From an uncultured Candidatus Saccharibacteria bacterium (GTDB lineage: Bacteria; Patescibacteriota; Minisyncoccia; Phycocordibacterales; SBAW01), in contig CAYGIN010000001.1 in the NCBI GenBank assembly GCA_964349995.1, positions 1 through 39,245 on the forward strand: 39,245 bases of DNA, written 5' to 3'. The position numbers and the translations under genes are program-made. Shown in pieces: positions 1 through 6,332 of the stretch; the first letter of the stretch is position 1, and every line of letters begins with the position of its first letter. Under the pieces are notes generated by a model, which worked only from the letters and a program-made list of their open reading frames with translations, had not been told where the DNA came from and ran no database searches.

Positions 1-151
1 AGTACTCCAGAAGGAAACTAGCCGAGATTTGTTGCTGTATAAGAATATCTCGGCTGGACTTCCGCAAATACTTCTTTTTTGAATGTGTGTCAAATTGAGC
101 GTATTTATGGCCTGATTAAAACTATAGAATATGTTTTTTTGATCTATGTTT

Positions 152-232
152 TATAGCAACAGGGCAGGTCGCTATCCGGCGATCTGCCCTTTATTTACAT
201 GACTAGATCGCTGATTCCAAAACATTTTGTCT
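152..232 (+). repeat. Upstream copy of the leader hairpin, start codon and first 11 codons of the giant surface-protein gene
   Basis: Hand alignment with 409..489 gives 77 of 81 nt identical. Mismatches are at 173/430, 197/454, 203/460 and 212/469. Confidence 0.85.
162..196 (+). terminator. Intrinsic-terminator-like hairpin (12-bp stem, 4-nt loop atcc, T tract), upstream copy
   Basis: gggcaggtcgct (162-173) pairs with ggcgatctgccc (178-189), including two G:U wobbles, and is followed by tttattt. Confidence 0.5.
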
Positions 233-282
233 TATCTATTCTCGGCTGGATTTCTGCAAAGACTTTTTTGGATGCGCATTAA
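199..282 (+). pseudogene. Truncated 5' fragment of a giant-surface-protein-like gene (27 codons, then TAA)
   Basis: ATG 199 encodes MTRSLIPKHFV..., matching MIRSPIPKHFV... of the real gene at 456. The frame diverges after codon 11 and stops at TAA 280-282. Confidence 0.5.
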
Positions 283-300
283 ATAACGTATTAACGCATT

Positions 301-322
301 GAGGGCGTATAGAGGGCGTATA
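301..322. repeat. Perfect tandem 11-mer gagggcgtata x2
   Basis: 301-311 equals 312-322. It lies about 80 nt upstream of the TATACT box at 402-407 and could be a protein-binding direct repeat. Confidence 0.6.
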
Positions 323-401
323 TGTGTCATGGTTAAAAGCTATTTTGGATTCTTATCCACACATTATGAATAAAAAGCACTAAAGAATTTGTTTTTAAGC
401 G

Positions 402-407
402 TATACT
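402..407 (+). promoter_or_regulatory. Putative -10 box TATACT for the giant surface-protein gene
   Basis: This is the same hexamer that sits 7-8 nt upstream of many start codons in this window. Here it is 11 nt upstream of the leader hairpin. Confidence 0.35.
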
Positions 408-408
408 C

Positions 409-489
409 TATAGCAACAGGGCAGGTCGCCATCCGGCGATCTGCCCTTTATTTGCATGATTAGATCGCCGATTCCAAAACATTTTGTCT
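409..489 (+). repeat. Functional copy of the same leader and 5'-CDS module, running into CDS 456..4373
   Basis: Same 81-nt alignment as 152..232. This copy continues into the long ORF. Confidence 0.85.
419..453 (+). terminator. Terminator-like leader hairpin ending 9 nt before ATG 456 (possible attenuator or 5' stabiliser)
   Basis: gggcaggtcgcc (419-430) pairs with ggcgatctgccc (435-446), with one G:U wobble and loop atcc, followed by tttattt (447-453). Confidence 0.5.
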
Positions 490-3400
490 CCTCGGTCGAG
501 GCGGCTTCTCAATTTAAAAAAACAAACGATTACATCAGCCTACTGTGCCGACGGGGTTCGGTGCACGGAGTACTCGCGGATACTCAATGGTATGTAGATC
601 CTGCTTCGTTGGTCTTGTACTTTACAAAACAGGAAGAACTTCGCACCCAGCGCCACCAACAGCTTTCGGCAAAGCTTGCCCAAGAGTACAGGCAGCGCGT
701 AGGTGAAGTTTCTAAGCAACCGCTGGTTGTATTGCCGCAAATAAAATTTTATGTGCATGTAGTTGGGTTTGTTACCGGTGCCGCGATGCTGCTTGGCACA
801 CTTGTATTTGCAAGCAGTATGCATGTGCCGGAGCAGAATCAATACGCTGCAATCTCTCAAACCCAATCACCCTTCTTCGGCACGGGGGCGCCATCAGTTG
901 TGTTGCCAACGAGCACAGGTGATGCGTTTGCAGGTGCAACCAATTTTTTCTCAGATGTGTTTGATACGTTCTTCGGCAACGAAACACAAGTTGCGCAGAA
1001 CGTTGTTACCGAACCTGTGCAGAACTCGCCGATTGGTTCTGGGGAACCGCGGACGAATTCTGCTCCGGCATCCGCGACAGTCAGTGTGCCGGGTGTAGCT
1101 GTTTCGTCTCCAGCTGTGATTAACACCTACCCTGTCATCGAGCGCATCGTTGAACGCAGCGTTGCAGTTGGCGGCGTGTCAGAGGAAGATCTCACAGGAC
1201 GTTTGCAGGATCTCTACAACCGCCTTGCAGTACAGATATCTAATCTCCAAAACCCAGGTCGTGAAAGTCCACTGCAAAACTTCGCTGTCTCACAAGTCAT
1301 CAACAACCTTTCAGATGTTCGGCTCAATGGCACCACAAGAGCAGATGGTATTACTGCGTCGTCCGTCACCGCAAGTAGCCTTGATGTCTCCGGCAATACA
1401 AACTTCAGCGGCTTCTTGAATACAGGCACAACAACGGTTAACAGCCTCGTAGTGACTAATCTCTCGACGAGTACGTTTGCGGGTAATCTTGCGGTCACCG
1501 GCGCGACAGCGCTTAGTTCAACACTCGACGTCGCAGGCAACACCACTCTTTCCAACGCTACATCCACCAACTTCTTTTCGTCCGTTGCCTCAAGCACTAA
1601 TTCCTACACACAAAATCTTCAGGCCGCGATTGTCTCATTGGTAAATGCCACCTCGACTAACTTCTTCGCAGGTACAGCTTCATCAACAAGCTTGTTTTCG
1701 CAAGCGGCATCGTTAGGCACGCTTTCTGCGCAGGCATTTACATTATCAGGAATTGGTACGTTTACAGGCGGCTTCCTCTCGCTCGCATCCACTACCATCG
1801 GTGCAGGCACACAAACAACAGGTTTGACGATAAACGGTGGAGCAACAACAACGGGGAATGCATACTTTGCGGGTGGGCTTGGAGTTGGGATTGCAACTTC
1901 TGCTGTAGGAGTGTTGCAAACATCCGGCAACGCCTACATTGGAGGCAACCTGTTTGTGGGCGGGAATTCGGTGACGCTGGGCAACAGCTCTTCAAATACA
2001 TTAGTAATTAACTCTTCGATACAGTCTCATTTGACTCCAGACCAAAACATCACCTACGACCTTGGCTCCTCGTCTTTCTACTGGCGCAATGTGTATGTGG
2101 GTAACATTGTGGCAAATAATATTTCAGCTGCTTCAACGACCATCGCAGGTACCGCATCCGCAACATTCACGCTCAACTCGGACAACGCGACTTCCGATAC
2201 GGAAGACATGGACCTTATCTTCTTCCGCGGCAACGTGGTGCCGAATGGGTTGCTTTCTTGGAAATCCGCCACAGACCGTTTCGAGTTCAATCAATCACTC
2301 TTTATTCAAAACGCTTCAACGGATAATCTCACCGGCGTAACACTCGACCTCAAAGGACTTTCCGGACAAACAGGAAATCTATTCCGCGTCGCATCTTCAA
2401 CAGGAACTGACTTCTTTAACATAACTTCCGCTGGCCTAGTCGGCATCGGCACCACAACCCCAAGCTCACTCTTCTCAGTCCAAGGCAACCAATACACCAG
2501 CGGGTCTGCATTCTTCGGCGGCGCAATTACTGCAACTTCAACACTCGGGATTACAGGCCTTGCAACGTTTACTAACGGCCTGCTTTCTCTCGCTTCCTCA
2601 ACTATCGGCGGCGGTACTCAAACAACCGGCCTCACTATTTTGGGTGGCGCAACAACGACAGGAAATGCGTATTTTGCAGGGAGTATAGGGGTGGGGACGA
2701 CAAGTCCTTCGCAAGCGTTCTCAGTAAACGGTACTATTTATTCAAACACCGGTTACCTCTTTCCAGATGGCACCACACAAACCTCCGCAGCAATCCTAAA
2801 CGGCGCGGGTACAACTGGGCAGATTCCGTACTATGCGAGCGCGGGTACGGCAATCACAGCTACTTCAACTTTGTTTATTTCAACTGCAAGCAATGTTGGC
2901 ATCGGCACGACATCGCCCTGGGGTCTCTTGTCTGTAAATGCAAACGGTATAGGCTCTACACCGCAGTTTGTTATTGGTTCCTCAACCAAGACGGACTTTA
3001 TTGTGACAAATGCGGGGTATGTGGGTATTGGTCTTCCAACAGCAGCAAACCCCCTGTCGATTAGCAAGACTGGAGTTGGCACCCTCGCTTCTTTTTATCG
3101 CTCGGATGCAAACTCAACCGACAACGCAGATATTCTCCTTGGTCGTTCATCTGCTTCCGGACAAAATATTAATTTCAGATATGTATACGATGCATCAAGT
3201 CCGTACCTAAATATCTTTCACGGAGGAGATTCTGCCGGAACAGGACTTGCAGTACTCAAGGGTGGCAACGTCGGTATAGGTACAACGACGCCCTGGGCGC
3301 AACTGTCTGTAAATCCAAACGGCCTCACTGGCCCTGCGTTTGTCATCGGTTCTTCAACTGCGACGAAGTTTATTGTCGACAATAGCGGCAACGTCGGCAT

Positions 3401-4373
3401 AGGCACCACTTCTCCGTTTCGCAAATTCTCTATAACTGATACTGTTTCGACCGCACAGGTGACGGTTGCGTACGACAACAGCCGCTACACCGACTTCCTT
3501 ACCAACTCGGTCGGCGATCTTGTTGTGACCCCGCAAGGTCAAGACATTTTCTCAAACGACAGCAACCTCTGGATCTGTTCTGGCGGTTCGTGTCCGTCTG
3601 GCACGCCGACTGGCACCGGCAATATTGTTGTTGAAAACAATATTGGCATCGGTACCACTACGCCGCAATTCCGCCTTACTATTGAATCTCAGAATGCCAC
3701 TGACAACCTCTTCCAAATCGCGACAAGCACAAATCAGAGCATCTTTGTGGTCAATGCCACAGGCAAAATCGGTGTCGGTACCTCAACGCCAACACAGCAG
3801 TTCTCCATCTCAGATCGCCTCTTTGTTGGCGCAGGAGGAGCATCGGGTATGGGTACTGCAACCTCGACGTTCCAAGGTGACATAAAAATTACCGGCAAAC
3901 TTGATGTCGGCACCATCGACCCTGTGTACACTATCGACGGCGTAAAATACGCAACCTACGGCCATTCGACTATTGGCATCAAGGAAGAAGCGGTTGCGGT
4001 GCTTGAGGTGGCCGACAAGAATCCGGCGACAGGCAAGTATGAAACAAAGATTGACTTCAAAGATTTGGACAAGAGTTCCGACCTTTGGCTCTTCTATCAA
4101 ATCACCGACTTTGGGGAAGACTGGAAAAACTTGGTCATTAACCTGACGGCGTCATTTGACGGTTCGGTCTTCTATACAAAGGTTCCAAACGAGGCAGCGG
4201 TCATTATCTCGTCGAGCGAGCCTGGGGAAGTATCTGCACGCTTTATCGCAAACCGCTTTGACGCAGACAAGTGGCCGAATCTCCGCCCCGACCAAGATGA
4301 CTCCTACACAGGACATGAGCTCCAAACGACGCAAGGTGGGCAGGCGACCAGGCGCTTTGATTTGGCAGAGTAG
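456..4373 (+). CDS. Giant (1305 aa) membrane-anchored, repeat-rich surface protein of the tail-fibre-like or S-layer-like type
   Basis: ATG 456 to TAG 4371-4373.
- The N-terminal ~55 aa look like a small HTH/excisionase-like module (SVEAASQFKKTNDYISLLCRRGSVHGVLADTQWYVDPASL).
- One TM helix follows (VVGFVTGAAMLLGTLVFA), then S/T/G/N-rich repeats.
- Two long internal repeats are present (LSLAS-TIG-GTQTTGLTI-GGATTTGNAYFAG, twice).
- Eight copies of the motif (V/I)G(I/V)GT(T/S)(T/S)P....(F/L)S(V/I) occur, one of them degenerate. Confidence 0.9.
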   Translation: MIRSPIPKHFVSSVEAASQFKKTNDYISLLCRRGSVHGVLADTQWYVDPASLVLYFTKQEELRTQRHQQLSAKLAQEYRQRVGEVSKQPLVVLPQIKFYVHVVGFVTGAAMLLGTLVFASSMHVPEQNQYAAISQTQSPFFGTGAPSVVLPTSTGDAFAGATNFFSDVFDTFFGNETQVAQNVVTEPVQNSPIGSGEPRTNSAPASATVSVPGVAVSSPAVINTYPVIERIVERSVAVGGVSEEDLTGRLQDLYNRLAVQISNLQNPGRESPLQNFAVSQVINNLSDVRLNGTTRADGITASSVTASSLDVSGNTNFSGFLNTGTTTVNSLVVTNLSTSTFAGNLAVTGATALSSTLDVAGNTTLSNATSTNFFSSVASSTNSYTQNLQAAIVSLVNATSTNFFAGTASSTSLFSQAASLGTLSAQAFTLSGIGTFTGGFLSLASTTIGAGTQTTGLTINGGATTTGNAYFAGGLGVGIATSAVGVLQTSGNAYIGGNLFVGGNSVTLGNSSSNTLVINSSIQSHLTPDQNITYDLGSSSFYWRNVYVGNIVANNISAASTTIAGTASATFTLNSDNATSDTEDMDLIFFRGNVVPNGLLSWKSATDRFEFNQSLFIQNASTDNLTGVTLDLKGLSGQTGNLFRVASSTGTDFFNITSAGLVGIGTTTPSSLFSVQGNQYTSGSAFFGGAITATSTLGITGLATFTNGLLSLASSTIGGGTQTTGLTILGGATTTGNAYFAGSIGVGTTSPSQAFSVNGTIYSNTGYLFPDGTTQTSAAILNGAGTTGQIPYYASAGTAITATSTLFISTASNVGIGTTSPWGLLSVNANGIGSTPQFVIGSSTKTDFIVTNAGYVGIGLPTAANPLSISKTGVGTLASFYRSDANSTDNADILLGRSSASGQNINFRYVYDASSPYLNIFHGGDSAGTGLAVLKGGNVGIGTTTPWAQLSVNPNGLTGPAFVIGSSTATKFIVDNSGNVGIGTTSPFRKFSITDTVSTAQVTVAYDNSRYTDFLTNSVGDLVVTPQGQDIFSNDSNLWICSGGSCPSGTPTGTGNIVVENNIGIGTTTPQFRLTIESQNATDNLFQIATSTNQSIFVVNATGKIGVGTSTPTQQFSISDRLFVGAGGASGMGTATSTFQGDIKITGKLDVGTIDPVYTIDGVKYATYGHSTIGIKEEAVAVLEVADKNPATGKYETKIDFKDLDKSSDLWLFYQITDFGEDWKNLVINLTASFDGSVFYTKVPNEAAVIISSSEPGEVSARFIANRFDADKWPNLRPDQDDSYTGHELQTTQGGQATRRFDLAE

Positions 4374-4378
4374 CTCAG

Positions 4379-4386
4379 AGTATACT
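4379..4386 (+). promoter_or_regulatory. AGTATACT -10 box 8 nt upstream of ATG 4395 (leaderless-type promoter of cassette A)
   Basis: The same octamer and spacing occur at 7229, 16393 and 19928. Confidence 0.5.
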
Positions 4387-4394
4387 AAAGAAGC

Positions 4395-4589
4395 ATGAAA
4401 CACTTGCCTAAACTGTTGGCCCCACTGTCCTTGGTAAGCATATTTGGCTTGTCCGGTATCGCATGGCTCCATACACCGTCTTTACATCAAACGATGTGTG
4501 CAGTTGCAGACAATACTGCTGGAGCGTCTGAACAGCAAAAACATACCGAAGATAGAATATATTTTGTAGGGTGTGGCGGACTTTTCTAA
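4395..4589 (+). CDS. Small exported precursor peptide A (64 aa) ending ...RIYFVGCGGLF
   Basis: It has a Lys-rich n-region (MKHLPK), a hydrophobic core (LLAPLSLVSIFGLSGIAWL), and a polar body with two Cys. A paralog at 16409..16600 keeps the same C-terminal motif using different synonymous codons. Confidence 0.7.
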   Translation: MKHLPKLLAPLSLVSIFGLSGIAWLHTPSLHQTMCAVADNTAGASEQQKHTEDRIYFVGCGGLF

Positions 4590-4602
4590 CAGCACGGCCT
4601 TT

Positions 4603-5052
4603 ATGACACATGAAGACCCAAAACAATGGCGCATTGTGCCGACTGTGTATGAGGAGGGAGAGTATGCCGCTCCAATCTCGCACGTTCAAAAAAGTGATTT
4701 TGTGTGGGATGCGCTCGGCCGCTCGCTTGATGCACACAAGCCCCAAGGATTGGGAATTATGCTTTCCTTCGCGTGGCAGCTGCACTTTTATGCATACAAA
4801 GAAGCAAGTGCTCGCGGGATAGTGACCGCGGTTGCAATGCCGACCAATGTCAGCGCGCTGTCGGGGCTTATGAAGTCGGTCCCCATTGAGGCGGTTCTGA
4901 CCACAGAGGAAGGGGCACACGCATTCGTACAAGATCTGCAAGAGGCGGGGATGCTCGAGAGAATAAAGGTGTGGTTTATTGTGTCTCCAAAAGAACGCCC
5001 CAGCTCGTTTGTGGCGCCCGTTGGTACTACCGTGCACGACCTACTTCCATGA
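4603..5052 (+). CDS. Cassette A partner protein (149 aa from ATG 4603; the ORF opens at GTG 4573), function unknown
   Basis: It is a paralog of 16625..17062. There is no signal peptide. The stop TGA 5050-5052 overlaps ATG 5049 of the ligase. By eye, the central part (GIMLSFAWQLHFYAYKEASARGIVTAVAMPTN...PIEAVLTTEEG) weakly resembles the N-terminal subdomain of long ANL enzymes. Confidence 0.75.
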   Translation: MTHEDPKQWRIVPTVYEEGEYAAPISHVQKSDFVWDALGRSLDAHKPQGLGIMLSFAWQLHFYAYKEASARGIVTAVAMPTNVSALSGLMKSVPIEAVLTTEEGAHAFVQDLQEAGMLERIKVWFIVSPKERPSSFVAPVGTTVHDLLP

Positions 5053-6332
5053 ATACTCAGCACACCTTACTGCAGAAAGCGCTCGATTTTGCGCTCGGGA
5101 GTCCGCACTCGGATTTTTATCGCCGTAAATTTGGCCCCTCGTATAAAGAGTATTTCGATAAGCCTATACAAGAAATACCTTTTCTCGTGCGCACAGAGAT
5201 AGACGCCGTTCCTGTATTTGAACGGACGTTTGTTCCGCGGGATATGGTGCGTTTTATACGCTCCACATCGGGTTCCACCGGAAAGAGTGTTATCGGTTTT
5301 CCAATGCTTGAGGAAGGACTGTATCAAAATTTTCTAGGCTTAATTGGATATCAAAAAGAGTCAGGGCAATTGTCGCGCTATTTTGAACCTTATTTTTCGC
5401 AGATGAATATTCGCTCAATGCTTTTGTTTTCTGCGGGTTCGTTTGTGCATGAAGTACGTGTACGAGAAATGGAAGGAAGACAATGTATTGCAGGAGAGTT
5501 TGCACAGCCAAAACTGACAGCAGAGCTTGCAAAGGAAGCGAACATCGAAGCCATTGTTGGTAATCCAAGCGGGCTCGTAGATTTTGCGCCGCACTTAAAA
5601 GCTATAGAAGGAGCAGATACTGTGCGGCTTATTATATCGGTGGGAGAACGTCCTACCTCGTTGCAGTTTGCCGCGCTACAAACTATTTTTCCCAATGCGA
5701 AAATTGCATTGCAGTATGGGCTGACTGAATCGCAAGGATACGTCGGGTACACCTGTCCAGAGAAATTGAGTATAGATCCCAAAGCACTTCATGTAGCCGA
5801 CGGCACATTGTTTATAGAACTTATTGATCCTGACACTGAAGTCGTGCTTCCGCTTTTACCAGGGACTGAGGGTGAACTCGTTGTTACCACGCACGAACCG
5901 CAAGGGTTTCCTCTTATCCGCTATAGAACTGGAGATTTTGTGCGGATCCGCGGGGAATCCTGCGCCTGTGAGGGGAGCCCTCTGTTATTTGAATGTATGG
6001 GGAGGCTTACGCTCGACAGATTGCGGGTACCACATGGGATGCTCACTATCGCTGCAATTGAACAGGCGGTGTCGAGTCTTCCCGGTGTGCAGGAGTTTGA
6101 GGCGAAATGGAATGCCGAGGGTCCGTTGCCGAGGTTGGAAATTTCTCTGTATATGGACAGTGTGAAAAACGGAGAGGGTATATCTATAGATGAACTTGCT
6201 TCACGTATCCGTATTGCACCGAAGGCATCCTATCAAACAATTGTAGAGGAAGGGCGAGTGTTGCCGCTTGAAGTGGTTACTAAACCCTTAGAGCAGTGGG
6301 TCGGATGGAAAAAGAAAAAACGGCTGCACTAA
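5049..6332 (+). CDS. PaaK/F390-synthetase-like adenylate-forming (ANL superfamily) ligase, cassette A (427 aa)
   Basis: ANL motifs are present: STSGSTGKS (P-loop/A3), YGLTESQG (A5), YRTGD (A8), CACEGSP...GRLTLDR, and a C-terminal Lys cluster KKKKR. The N-terminus is laid out as in phenylacetate-CoA ligases (DFYRRKFG...IPFLVRTEI). I chose ATG 5049 (ATGA overlap, conserved in cassette B) over the longer ORF starting at 4971. Confidence 0.85.
   Translation: MNTQHTLLQKALDFALGSPHSDFYRRKFGPSYKEYFDKPIQEIPFLVRTEIDAVPVFERTFVPRDMVRFIRSTSGSTGKSVIGFPMLEEGLYQNFLGLIGYQKESGQLSRYFEPYFSQMNIRSMLLFSAGSFVHEVRVREMEGRQCIAGEFAQPKLTAELAKEANIEAIVGNPSGLVDFAPHLKAIEGADTVRLIISVGERPTSLQFAALQTIFPNAKIALQYGLTESQGYVGYTCPEKLSIDPKALHVADGTLFIELIDPDTEVVLPLLPGTEGELVVTTHEPQGFPLIRYRTGDFVRIRGESCACEGSPLLFECMGRLTLDRLRVPHGMLTIAAIEQAVSSLPGVQEFEAKWNAEGPLPRLEISLYMDSVKNGEGISIDELASRIRIAPKASYQTIVEEGRVLPLEVVTKPLEQWVGWKKKKRLH

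Noticed and set aside
1-500. CRISPR array or IS-element ends as the explanation for the upstream repeats
   Set aside because: Only 2-3 diverged copies are present, at irregular spacing (192 and 257 nt). The repeats include a start codon and coding sequence. There are no cas or transposase genes and no terminal inverted repeats.
540-4472. About 25 short ORFs (60-127 aa) on both strands inside the giant surface-protein gene, for example 1214..1597 (-), 1619..1930 (-), 2831..3082 (-) and 3218..3478 (-)
   Set aside because: All are nested in, or antisense to, one uninterrupted 1305-aa frame with coherent repeat structure. Low-complexity, repeat-rich DNA keeps alternative frames open by chance. 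Their products are Arg/Cys/Pro-rich and have no start-codon context.
4572-4589. Reading CGGLF/CGGIF as a CaaX prenylation box, a lipobox, a sortase or GlyGly-CTERM sorting signal, or a ubiquitin/ThiS-like GG terminus
   Set aside because: - The Cys is at position -5, whereas a CaaX box needs it at -4.
- A lipobox must sit at the signal-peptide junction.
- There is no LPxTG, and no TM helix follows the GG.
- The GG is not terminal, the peptide has a signal peptide, and the adjacent enzyme is ANL-type rather than E1-like.
4408-5037. 209-aa minus-strand ORF antisense to peptide A and its partner
   Set aside because: It spans two plus-strand genes that are conserved as paralogs in cassette B. It has an odd His/Arg/Cys-rich composition and has no equivalent antisense ORF in cassette B.
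4971-5048. Longer N-terminus for ligase A (ORF track start 4971)
   Set aside because: It would overlap the partner gene by 82 nt. ATG 5049 reproduces the ATGA stop/start overlap and the exact 427-aa length seen in cassette B, and the alignment with ligase B begins there.
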